A DNA stretch of 64,000 nt, taken from Podarcis cretensis. Taxonomy: Eukaryota. The notes beneath the pieces were generated by a model, which was not told the DNA's origin, did no database searches, and saw nothing but the letters and a program-made list of their open reading frames with translations. The first letter of the stretch is position 1. The number at the start of each line of letters is the position of its first letter. Positions 24,349 to 36,324 of the stretch are shown in pieces. Location: positions 37,200,001 to 37,264,000 of the forward strand of contig OX638152.1 of the NCBI GenBank assembly GCA_951804945.1. Direction: 5' to 3'. Both the position numbers and the translations under genes were made by a program.

Positions 24349-24375
24349 TTTAATATTGTGAACGTTTAATTTATT
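24349..24375 (-). terminator. Candidate proximal CBLB poly(A) signals
   Basis: Minus strand has AATAAA (24375-24370) overlapping ATTAAA (24370-24365), and another ATTAAA (24354-24349), about 700 nt after the stop. Confidence 0.6.
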
Positions 24376-25079
24376 TTAAAATTGAAGCCATCTAGACCTT
24401 GAAAGTTATTGGCCATATGTCAAAGAAAAGCTGCCCACTGTTGCAGTCAAAATGCCCCCCAAGAGGCAGACCAAAGACAAAACAATGTATTACACATTCA
24501 ATTTTCTCTCTCTAAATAGCAAAGATACAACAGTAGGGAAAAATCAGTAGTGAAGGCCACATTTTCCCTTGCATTTGCTTGATGCTAAAATGCAAAAGAA
24601 AAGAAAAAGGAAAAAAGAGATTAAAGCTTCTTTAAAAGAAAAAAGGGAGATAAGAAATAAGTGACTTATAGTTGATGGGGCAAGTCAGTACAAAAACAGT
24701 TGGAAATGCTACACAAGAGTAGAAAATATGAACAAGAACAAAAGAGGACTATCAGCTTGAAAATGGTCACTCACCACCTTGTAAACATGAAAATGCATTT
24801 CACAGATTAAAAGTTTATGGGAAGTAAACTTCTTTAAATTATTTGTCAGTTCAACCCTGATTCAAAAAAGTATGGCTAGCAAAAATACAGACGATCAAAT
24901 CCACTTATGTCTTGAAAGGAGCAGTTTCCCCTCCCTGAAAAACTGCTGGAACTCTACTCTTTGAAAATGTCCCGAGAATAATCTCTCTCTTGCACGCAGT
25001 GTTGCACTTGCATGTTAGCTCTCAAGTTCACACTCACAAACTTCAGAAGGACAGGCTTGCTGCAAGGTTTTCCACACTG

Positions 25080-25342
25080 CTATAGATTGAGACGTGGGGA
25101 AATGGTCGGAGGAAAGCAGGCAAACTCTCTTAGAATGCTCCGTGCTACATCAAGGTTATTTTGGGCTATTTCAAGCGCCCGCTTCACTTCTTCAAAGGAA
25201 TAGCCTTCTCCCATAAGTTTTGCAATTTTTGCATCAACATTTTCTATAGATGGGTCAGAGTTATGTGCCTTCCTATGGTGTATTTCTGGAGCAGTCCGGC
25301 GGGGCAGTGGTTTAGGAGGTCTGGCTGGTGCTTGTGAACCAT
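25080..25342 (-). CDS. CBLB: CBLB terminal coding exon (exon 19 equivalent; PxxxPR motif and UBA domain)
   Basis: gtgcag|AT. Reads (D)[89 protein letters not shown]. Confidence 0.97.
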
Positions 25343-27570
25343 CTGCACAAGAAGAAAATCAAAAGAAAAACACAATTTGATATTCAATAAATGTAACAAG
25401 AACCAACATTCATAGTTATTCACAGCCAATGTTTCTGTGTGGAATTTTTTATTAATTAGCTTAATTTGTTAGGGTGCTGGGGAAGTGTTTGCAGCAAACC
25501 TGAATCATCATATGTCATTTTTATTTTTATACATACTGTTTCCTAAATGCACCATACGATTACACTTAATGAAGAATAAGGTAATATGAGACAGCAGATC
25601 ACTGATAATCAAGATTGGCTTCTTGCCTTTTTAAATCTAAGGACCAATCTTACATAGTTATCAAAGCTCACAATGAAACCTGAACGGAATTGGAAATCTG
25701 GTACAAGGCCATGTACCAAAACAATCCACAGTTCCATTTAAATTCTGTATAGGTAAGGTCAAAATGATTTTCCATTTTATTTGGTGGCAGAATTAGTCAT
25801 ACGTGCCTGTAGCCAACAGCAGAAAAAGAAAGGACACAACCAGTCAAAATTAAGCTTCTTAAGTCCTACTGGTTTCAGTGCAAGAACTAAGCTAGGGCTT
25901 AAATATCTTCCATGGATATCAACTATGGAGTGTTCAGCTTTATGTCTTCACCACACAATTTGCAATTTTACAAAGAACATAAAAAACCATTAAAGCAATT
26001 TCTATGGTGATAGATGGCTGATATTTAGGAAAGAAGCAGGAACTGGCATGGCCAACACATTCTTCAGTAAATGAAGAGGAAGAGATGGCACTGCAGGACC
26101 TTGTCTATCAGCTCTCCTGAAAAACTAGCCCAGTCGGGCTCCTTCCTCATCGCACCAGCCATTCCATTAGACTAAAGAAGAGAGAAGATTGGGGTTTCCG
26201 GCCACGCCCATGATCAATGGCGGATGTTCTTCGTAGCCCTCTGGCTACGGGGAAAGAGGCAGGGGAAAGAGAAGAAATCCTCGCAATGCTTCCCAGCGGA
26301 GTCTGGGGAGTTTACAGTATCCTGCAGTGCCATGCAATCCTGTGTCTGCCAACTTGAAAGGCAGAGTAGGAGTGACTTGGGGGGGAGGGTGTCCCTGCTA
26401 TGGATGATCCTCCTCTACCAGCATGGTTTGTGGATGGTTCCTCCTTAATCTGAGCAACTACCTTTAATCAAGAGGCGCTCCTGGACCAAGTGAAGGATGA
26501 CAACTGGACACTAAATAAGAAATGATGCTGCTATGGGAGGAAATGATCGACATGTGTTTGCAACAGGAGCGGAAAACCTGATTTTAAGAAACTGTATTAA
26601 ATTAAAATAATTTGGTTTAATTTGTAATAATTTGTGGAAATTATAAAAATAAATTGAGAGAGAGATAAAGTGAGAGAAGGCTGGGGGACAGCTCCATTGA
26701 CATAGCTGAGAAACCAGCAAAGGTTGGTGTCTCTTTGAACTGTTGCCTTTCAGCTGGTCACTACAAGGGCTCTATAGCTCTTACCTAGTGTTTGAGTTTG
26801 TGCCCCCCCCCCAAAAAAATCCCTTTTTCCTATTGGGTTGTGTCCCTCAGATTATAAACCCAAGGGCAAGGGCTGTCTTATTATATATCACGGATGGGGA
26901 ACACAGAGTCTTAGAACATCTGGAGTGTGACCACTCCCATCATTTTTACACATGATAAATTAGTGATTAATTTGTCATATTTTAAGGTTCTTATTCTGCC
27001 AAATAATTAAACAGATTCTGATCGCCCATAAAATGAGCTGGAATGAATATAAAATGTGCATTATGTGTTGAATTGTTCCAGAATACAAATGGTATCCACA
27101 AGTGTTTTATTCAATTCAGGTTAAAGGTGGAACAGTTCCTCATGAATATTATTAATTACACAGACTATAAATCCAATAAAAAACTTTCCAGTTTATACTA
27201 TGACATGATTTAGTACACAGATTTTCATTTAATTCAGCTTAAATTGAAAGTATTGATACAATTCACACTGCATCATTATTTGTAGTGCTGGTTGAAACTC
27301 GTGGGTATTTTAGAAGATTGTGGTAGAAATCTTCAAAATAATGTAGCCCACACAAATATCAAGACGACTATAAGTACGTCATGCAGCAATTTGGTTAACG
27401 TTTAAAAAAGAAATTTGTCTGGGATCAGAAGGACCACCAATAATGGAAAACAATTAGTTCAAGTTAAAGAATCACACCCTAAGTAAGTTAAAGCATGGAT
27501 AAAGTTAACTATGCAAGCTTTAATGTGGCATTTTATAAAGAGAACTGTTTTGTGTTCATTGTGGACTAGA

Positions 27571-27873
27571 GCAGGGGGTGGGGAGCCTCTGGCCCATGGG
27601 CCAATCTTGGCCCACCAGGGAGTCCAATTTGGCACTGCCTCAATTGGCATCACTTGTGACATCAGCGGATGGTGGGAGGGCAGGGAATTCAGCACTTCTT
27701 GCAGGTTGAGCAATGCTGAATTCCAGCAGGGAACAGGCACCAATTCATGGGTTAAATCCTGCCATGTTGGATGCAGGTGAGTGACAGATTGGCTATGAGA
27801 TGCCTGTTAAATGCTGGCTTCTTTCTCCCCATCCCCCAATGGGGAGAGCAGAAATAATGGCTTTGCTACCCCT
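27571..27873. mobile_element. Degenerate hAT-like MITE (related old copies near 23080-23460, 45640-45860, 48620-48883)
   Basis: CAGGGGGTGGGGAGCCT left end and CTACCCCTG right end; no clear TSD. Confidence 0.45.
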
Positions 27874-28309
27874 GTGCTTTGTGAAGTGCTGAGCATAGGG
27901 CTCACAACAGCATTTGTGCTGCTGTTTCTAAAAGCCTGACAGCAAGCTGGCTGTGAGGCACCTGGGAACACAGTGCAAGGGCTTTTGGCAGGTCAGCGGG
28001 ACAACCAACCTGTTCATCTTGTCATGCAATAATGACAATATGTGACTGAGAGTTAGGCAGGCCCACCCAGTTCTCAAATTTGGCCCCTTGGAGAAAAAAT
28101 AATAATAATGTATCAATTCTTGGAATATAATGAAAGAACCCCAGCTGCAGCCATGGTCTTCTGAGGGGAAAACTTCTAAAATCCCACTTAATATTTATTA
28201 CTGAAATGTTTAGGAATAAGGAGTTCATTTCCCAACACCAGCTATGTTTATCTAAAAAGGAACTATCTTCAGTTAGGTATGTTTTGTCTGTAATGTCTGT
28301 TTCCAATTA

Positions 28310-28677
28310 CAGTGGTACCTCGGGTTAAGTACTTAATTCGTTCTGGAGGTCCGTTCTTAACCTGAAACTGTTCTTAACCTGAAGCACAACCTGAATTGTG
28401 CGGCGGTGGCGTGGCAGCAGCGGGAGGCTGCATTAGCTAAAGTGGTACCTCGGGTTAAGTAATTCGTTCCGGAGGTCCGTTCTTAACCTGAAACTGTTCT
28501 TAACCTGAAGCACCACTTTAGCTAATGTGGCCTCCCACTGCTGCCACGCCACCGCCGCACGATTTCTGTTCTCATCCTGAAGAAAAGTTCTTAACCCGAG
28601 GTACTATTTCTGGGTTAGCGGAGTCTGTAACCTGAAGCGTATGTAACCCAAAACGTATGTAACCCGAGGTATTACTG
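28310..28677. mobile_element. Tc1/mariner MITE, family A, internally rearranged
   Basis: TA-flanked TIRs. 368 bp versus 226-242 bp for other copies, owing to a duplicated left end and an inverted segment. Confidence 0.9.
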
Positions 28678-30316
28678 TACCTGAAACTATACTTCATTAG
28701 TCTAGGTATACAAATGAACATTCGATACACTGCACTGTGTAATCTTATTTGGTGGAATGCAATATATATCTATGTTGGTGGCTTTTCTATTTTCAAGTGT
28801 TGTATTCTAAGGTGTGTAAATGATAAATGGGCAAGTGTATTTAAATGCCTCATACAACCAGGTCCAATTTTTAAAAATATACATATTAATACTAGGCTTC
28901 GGCTTGCAGAACTACATTTCCATCTAACATCATGGGAATGTAGGGTCAAGTTTTCACAATGTGCATATGCTGCCTGGGCAGCTGCTGTTGCATTCAATAA
29001 CTGTCCAAACTATGAACTCGTGGAGTACAAATCACATACTTTGCACATTCCTGAGGGATAATTCTGGTTGGCATAATGGACACTCTTCTTAATATCTTAG
29101 GTTACTCTGTGGAATGCAGATATCACTTAAGTGGTTGACAGGATGGCTCCCAAGTGCCTTCTCTTGCTAGGTAGAGCCTGTTCAGCTACCTCACGTAACT
29201 GAGCAGGCAGGGAGAATGCCAGAAAATAAGCAGCAAAACTCACTGTGACTCTGACCTAACAAAATTCAGAGCTCATTATCAATCATATTCTGTGGTGGTG
29301 ACGACAGTGAAGAAGTAATACTTCTCCACAGCTACTGTGTCCTTACAATGCCTCTTACAAGAGCTTTTCTGAGTGATTCATGGCCTACTTTGACTTGGCC
29401 CAGCTGACAATGTCAAGTTTGATGCATTTACTAAGTGATGATGTGTATACTACTTTGAGGACAAGCTCACTCATGTACGCTGTGATTTGATGCTAATGTT
29501 GTGAAAGTTCTAGCTTGTGATAAAGTGCCCTATTTGATCCTGTGTTACTGGATGAATTTCAGTTGCAGTAGCGGCAGGACACAGGCAAGGCTCTTGAACA
29601 AACACACCCAATTCAGGTGAGGCAGTGGAAATGTTAAAATGGCCACACAGAGATGCATCTTGCATCTTCATATCTTCATCATACACTTTCTGTCACATAC
29701 TGAAGATACACTTCTTTATCCTGGCCTTTTGACATCTGAGATGTATATTTGCATGACTCACCCTATATTGTGATTGTAACTTGTTTAAAACTGCTTTTAA
29801 CATTGTAGCTTAAATTGTTGAAACCCTTCCTGGGGCCTTGTGGTGAAAGGTATATACATAATGTTAGTAATAAACCATCAGTCGGACCATACACCAAGAT
29901 CTTCTCCTGAGGCATTCTTGTGGTTGCCCTGCCATCTGAGATGTGACAGGCAGGGACTAGAAGAGGCTATTCTTAGTTGTGGCACACCCCTCGTGCTGTT
30001 CCTGCAATATTTTCCTAGACCTTATTTCATATAGTATGATTTCCGTTTGTCTATATGTAATATTACCTTCGAGTATGGAGGGAAACCAGTATGTAGTGTG
30101 GGCCTGAGAAACACAGCTATCTCTCTAATAAAGTAATTACAACAGAAGTTCAGATAAAGATGGACAGTGTAAGTGCCATAGATCACCAATTTCAAATGTT
30201 TTCTTTCCTTATAGTAATTCATTGTGTTCAGTATCACAAAAAGAACAAAGTTATCAATTTGTTCTTTGGGGGAGAAGGTGGCAAAGAAATGGTTCTGTAT
30301 ACTGTGCTTTGCTTAC

Positions 30317-30436
30317 CTGAACAAGATGGAAGCTGGTCATAGTCCTGCGATGTTCTGTGTGTTTTCATATTTTCACCAGTTAATCTTCGAACTGGAGGTA
30401 AAGGAACTAAGCCATTTACAGGATCAAAGAAAAGAT
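30317..30436 (-). CDS. CBLB: CBLB exon 18 equivalent
   Basis: tatag|AT..TCA G|gtaagc. (D)[39 protein letters not shown]; 120 nt. Confidence 0.95.
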
Positions 30437-31570
30437 CTATACAATTTTAAAAACAAAAGGAAATTTTATGTTCCTAGGACAATTATAGTAATCAAGGAAT
30501 ATGAAGATAAGAAATGAATACAAATGAGATCACTGGTGAACTAATAAATATAGGCTTAATTCAAATGTCACAAAATGTGCTATGTAATTGTGCACTCATA
30601 CATACCTACATGCAGATTTCTCCTTTCCTCCCATGCTATGTAAATCACAATCAGACGAAAAAGGATTTATTTCTTCTAAACTATGGTTTGCAAACCTATT
30701 TCAACATATACTTTCAAAGGAAGGTTGGGCTAGAGCGGCTGTGCATTTTTGCCTCCAAATCTCAAGGTGAAAAATACAAATAGGCCTCTGGTGGCTACCC
30801 TACATCAAACCTTCTCATGCTGTTTTTCAGTACTGCAGCCATTGCTCCCCACTCCACCCGCTGAGCAGCAGCACATTTTTTAAAAAAACAAAAACAACTC
30901 TGAACAGCAAGAGTGGAAATACATTCAGACAACAGGGCTTCTGTACCACCTCCTCCTCCTCCTCACTACAGCTCCCAAGTTCCCCTGAAAAGTCATTCTT
31001 GAGGATACAAGACTCTCCAAAATGAGATGGGATGCTCTTTGCTGTAGTATAGCAACAGAGTGGTATGTATCAACAGTAAACAGTGAGAACAGAATCAGAT
31101 CCAAATGGTGGTATTTTTGAAGGTTTATGACAATATAAGGCTACTTCAAGAGATTTGGACAATGTTGTGTGGTAGGTGCTATACACTGTTACCTCACTAT
31201 TTCAGAAAAAAACCTATAATTTTGCAATAGTTCTGTAACATATGCTTTTTCATCTTCAGAATGAGAAAAAGAGTTTCAGTTTGAGACTTAGTTACGTGCA
31301 CACAGACAACTGCTGCGTGATTTTTCCAATGTGCCTCTTTGAACCTCAAGTGCCCTATCCAGAAGTGGTGCATACATTTGTATTTGTCAAAGTTCCTTGC
31401 AATTTATCATTCACTATACCGTACACAAATCATCTATTTTCTTACAATGTCTAAATGGTAAGTTTATAGTTAGAAATATGACCAAAGCTAGCTAGCACTT
31501 GATGACAGTTCCCACCCCCGTCTATGTCTCTACTAGAAGATGAAAAATGAATTCCCTTTTAAACTCTTAC

Positions 31571-31711
31571 CTGCAGGAGGAAGGTAGAGTTCGTGTCCCG
31601 ACAAAGGTCTGCTTCCTGCAATGAGTGGCTTTGATTGCTCAATGAGGCTGTGGCGTGCAGGGGGTGGCGGAGGGGGAAGTGAGGGTGGCGGGTTGTCAGA
31701 TGCATCTTCGC
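31571..31711 (-). CDS. CBLB: CBLB exon 17 equivalent
   Basis: tgcag|GC..GCA G|gtaag. (G)[46 protein letters not shown]; 141 nt. Confidence 0.95.
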
Positions 31712-32774
31712 CTGCATTGAGAGAAAACTCATTAAATAAGCGAATCTTCATTAATGCTATGATCAAAAGTGAATCTTAAAATTGATTTTCTCTGGCCAGG
31801 AAGAGAGGTGCTTCCTCCAAAGGTTTATCAAGGAGTTCAGTGACTCCAGTAATGAAATTGTGCATCATAAAAGTGAGGCTTCCAACCAACAATGCATGCT
31901 GTGAATGACCTTTCGCTGTATCGTTTTTAGAAGTTTTCTCTGTGTTGTAAAATTATCTGTACATCTGCATTTGAGCTTTCGTGCATTGTGGGTTCAATGA
32001 TGAATGCAGGATGAACTTTCTTTCAGGTGATTATGACAGATCATAATTAAACCCACAAACAAGTACATATATGAATGCTCACATGAGCTGTAATTTTAGC
32101 ACGCAGCATCACTACCAGGAAATGCTTATTGACAAGGCAAGGGTCTAAACAGCAAGAAGAAACATGGGCAGGATCCATGGACCTGTCAGCTCAATTCACT
32201 GAGCCATGGAACATCTTCAGTGGGAAAATACAGCAGCAAAGCAAAGCAATCAAGAAAATACAGCAGCAAAGCAAGAAATCTTAATGACTTTAAAACGAAG
32301 TAGAATAAGGCTTGTGATGTCATTTCTTAAGAGCTTTTGAATTCCATTGTGCTTTTAAAACTTTGCTTTATGCAATAATCGTCTCACCTACAAATGTATT
32401 ACTTAAGTATTACTTAGCCTGGGATACAAAGAATTATGTAGGGAAGTCCACGTGCAGGAGAGTAGTTCTTCCCTTCTAAAAAGCAGCACCTAGTATCATG
32501 TTAGAGTCATTTGTATTAAACTGTTTGACTACAAGATATTTTTGCTGTGCTACATTTTATCATTTAAAATATAATATATCTAGTTGTATATGCATGTGTG
32601 TTCGTTTATGTCAAGTTTAAACATATACAATATACCTACAATTTGTAGCATTGTTTGGTCTAATATGTTTAAGTAGCCCAACTATGAATTCATAAAAGAA
32701 TAGAAATTCATTATTCCACCAGCTCTCCTCTGCATAATTTATGCTACAAAATTAGATGTAAAATAATGTATTAC

Positions 32775-32903
32775 CTGGAGGGTGCACAAGCAGGTCATAA
32801 TCAGAGGGAGTCCTGTTGACTACTGAGCCATGTTTTAAGTTTTCCCTCAAAGGAGGTCGGGCAGGTGGTAAAGGTACTGGAACAGTAGGCTCAAAGGTAT
32901 CAC
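32775..32903 (-). CDS. CBLB: CBLB exon 16 equivalent
   Basis: tttag|GT..CCA G|gtaat. (G)[42 protein letters not shown]; 129 nt. Confidence 0.93.
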
Positions 32904-32995
32904 CTAAATAGCAAAAGCAGATTTCTTAAAACTGCACCTTAAAAAATAATCTGGTTGTCTTCTAAGCATGGAAAAACAAAGTTTAGAAGTCATAC

Positions 32996-33072
32996 CCATC
33001 TCTGGATGTTTCAATCTTTTCATCTCAGAGGCAGAATTGTGTGTTTCGCTCATTATTTCATTCTCACATACA
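32996..33072 (-). CDS. CBLB: CBLB exon 15 equivalent (divergent)
   Basis: tttcag|T..ATG G|gtatga. (R)VCENEIMSETHNSASEMKRLKHPEM; 77 nt; supplies the required phase 2 to phase 1 change. Confidence 0.85.
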
Positions 33073-34280
33073 CTGAAAGCAGAGATTGAACACTGGCATG
33101 TTAGTTATACGAAAACAGAAAAAGGAAATTCACCATAGATGATCATTAATTCATTAAGCCATTGTGTTTCTAAAAAAACCTACTGGTTCACCTTTCTAAA
33201 ATGGGGGTGGGGGTCAGAAAACTAAAAACATTACTAATTAATAACAAATTTTAAAATTGAAATAGTTTTAATGTAATTTTTATTCCTATCTTTGTAATCT
33301 ACTTCAAGGTACATTTGTAACAGTAAGTGGTACAAAAAAATTATTTCTAAACAAATACTATCTCCGGAAAATAATTCAAGAGCAATGTGAGGGTGCCACC
33401 CCCTTTTGGTTGGAAAACGGAATTTTTGCTGCCCAGAGTTAAGTGTCTGGATTGCCCTATTTTTTATTTTATTTTTTGCTTTTCAGAGTTGTATACCACT
33501 CAGTGTGAGAGACCCAAGCAATATAGGGATGACCCTACTTTGGCAAGAGATGGGGAGGGAGATGTCATGTGGCTGTTTGCATGGCATTATATTGCCCCAG
33601 ATGGAGCTGGGTGAATGAGCTGGTTTTAAATTATGCTTAATGTTGCTATATGGTTTTAATGCCCTGTAACAACTGGTTGACTGGGGATTAGTTGAGGTAT
33701 CTGCATGGCTGGAATAAATGAATGTGAGTGAGGTTTGGCTGTGGAGGATGGTTAAGGATGTATTTGGGAGTGGTTACAGGTGTAGGGATGTGTGGGTATA
33801 ATGGAACTGCAGCTTCTATTTCAGTTATTTTGCTTAGTTACTAATTATACTGTTTTATATAGTTCTTTTGCGGTCAGTTGATTTTTATCTAATATTTTAT
33901 GTTTATGTTTTGTTTTCCTGTTAATTAAGTTATTTTAAATGTGCATTTTTTTAATATTTTAACTTTGTACTGTAATGTTTTGTTTTATTTTGTAATTTTT
34001 TTTGATGCCTTGATTCAGTCTGTAAACAGTTTTGAGATTATGATGATGTTTTAAATATAAAGCAATGGAGACATTATTTAAGCAAACAAACAAGCATCTG
34101 GAGGATCACCTTTTAAAAAGTTATATTGACCACATCATATTTTGTATGAAAATGATAGTAGTTGGTATCACCCTAATTTGAACACTTGCATCAATAAATT
34201 AAAACATGAAATTAAACTGAAACTAGATATACTATCATGCCAAAGAATGATTCCACCATTGCCTTCAAACCATGCCTTAC

Positions 34281-34421
34281 CGAATGTGAGACGTTATATT
34301 ATGACAATGAGGTGACTGTGAAGTCAAAGAAACAGGATGGGATGAAGGAATCTTGTATTCATCTTCTTCTAAACATTCTCTTGGTTTCTCAGGGAGGGAA
34401 TTTTTAACAGGAACAGGAGAC
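34281..34421 (-). CDS. CBLB: CBLB exon 14 equivalent (EYKIP phosphotyrosine motif)
   Basis: ctcttgag|G..CG|gtaagg. (K)[46 protein letters not shown]; 141 nt. Confidence 0.9.
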
Positions 34422-36289
34422 CTCAAGAGAAAAGTATATCAAACCCAGATAAGTTTCTTTGTTATAGTAGCAGATATTGATGACATTTATTGGTGATTTA
34501 AATTGAGCTTTTTCCAGGGCTGTTAGGTTAAGATTAGCAGGTGGTCACCTAATAGGCTTCCCAACTGAGGAGGGATTTGAACCAACAACTTTCCTGGATC
34601 CAAATGCAACACTCATTTGGTGATTTTTCACACTGTGTGTAACAAAAATATGCAATAAGTTCAGCATAAATATGAATGGAATATGATGCTTATTGATAAG
34701 GTAGCTACATAATGTTTTCCTGTTAAAGCTAAGGAAAATTATGAGATTTCTGGTGCCCCCTCAGCTAGATGTTAGAAGCAGTGGACACTTGACCCTTAAC
34801 ATAGTAATTTTATCTTCAGCTGATGTCCCAAAGGAGAGAGAGAGATAACGGGAACTTATTTTTTTGTTTAATCATTCATCAAATGATCCTGAAATGTATA
34901 ATGTAGGTGCCCAATATTAAATGACAGAGAGATGGCATGTTTAGCAAGATCTGCACACTTTCCATTTTCAAACTACATGCAAGTTTAAGAAAGCCTGATT
35001 CAAGAAAAAGACAAGCAACAGCCATTTTGGATGGAAAAGAACTAGGGAAGGGTAAAATAGGAGATGCTTAGTTGTTTCCTATCAATGGCTTTTCCACTCA
35101 AATTTCTTCCCATCCTCTGTGCAGGGTGGGTTCCAGATATCTGTTTTAACTATTACACTTCATTCAATGTACTACATAAACTGTGTAAGGTGATTCCACA
35201 TGTTCAACCTGGCCATTATGGGCAAGTTAAGAGAGTAAAAGCCAAGTAGAGTGAGAGTTCTACATATATTAAACATACTCCAAAGTTTGAAGAAGAAAAG
35301 AAGAAGAAAGTCAGTTAAAAGAACTCAAGACATTTAAAAAATGTGAAGCAGAAATTTAACTGACAGTAACAGAAAATGGATTTTCAGTAGAAGATGAGAA
35401 TCTGAAATTTAAATATTCATGCAGTGCAATATTTAACCACCTTCTGTAGAGGGAGCCAAAGCACATCATATATTCAAACAAAGAGGTTTATGCCTCTTGT
35501 CTGTACCCCAACTAAATATTCAAAGCTAAAAGTGTTAGCATAATTTTAAATTTAATGTTGCTAACTCACAAAACCAGGAGCACAGGATAAAGCTTCGTGT
35601 GTTCCTAAAGCCCTTCCATTTCTCTGGACTTAGTTTAAACCATGTTGAATCCTCATTTTCCTTCCTTAAATGAGGTTGACTATTGCATCTGAATAGATTA
35701 ATTTTTGTTTTAAAATCGAGTGTATTTTTACTTCAGGGGAATTACCCACCTTAGTTCACTCAATCCAATTTGGTACATCCAAATTAACTTAACTTTGAAC
35801 CCATCAAATGATCTTATTGTTAATGAACTCAAAGAGGCTTACTAAAGCCTCTTATTTATCTGATGGGATCTCACTGAGTTTCCTGGCATATATTGATATG
35901 TTAGGCTGCAATCCTACCCACAACTATGCTGAAGGAAGCTTTAAGCTTTATGGAACTCCGTGAGACTTACTCCCAGGTAAGTAGGTCTAGGATTGTGACC
36001 TTAACCATGTAAGACTGGTTTATTTAAAGGTGACTCCCATGTTCTGCAAATAGCTTTTGAAACCTCATCAAATCTCCCTACTAATCTATTTGCACCAGTC
36101 TTTTGAATTTCCGTTTAAGTTACAATAGCCATAAAATATTATTAATGGATATGGCTAATTTTACAATGCTATTAATAAACATGTCAAGAAATGTTGTATG
36201 CTTTAAAATGTACTCCTAATTATTTTAAGCATTTATATCCTACTCTTCAAAAAACCTATTAAGGGCAACATATCAAGAAACAAACCAGC

Positions 36290-36324
36290 ATTGATTGACT
36301 GATTGATTGATTGATTGATTGATT
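36290..36324. repeat. (TTGA)n tetranucleotide microsatellite
   Basis: About 8 near-perfect units. Confidence 0.9.

Larger units (their letters stand above)
20400..25079 (-). other. CBLB: CBLB 3'UTR (proximal part to ~24340 well supported; distal extension tentative)
   Basis: Follows the stop codon. Poly(A) hexamers near 24349-24375. AT-rich UTR-like block at ~20400-21200. The distal end could not be fixed. Confidence 0.45.
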
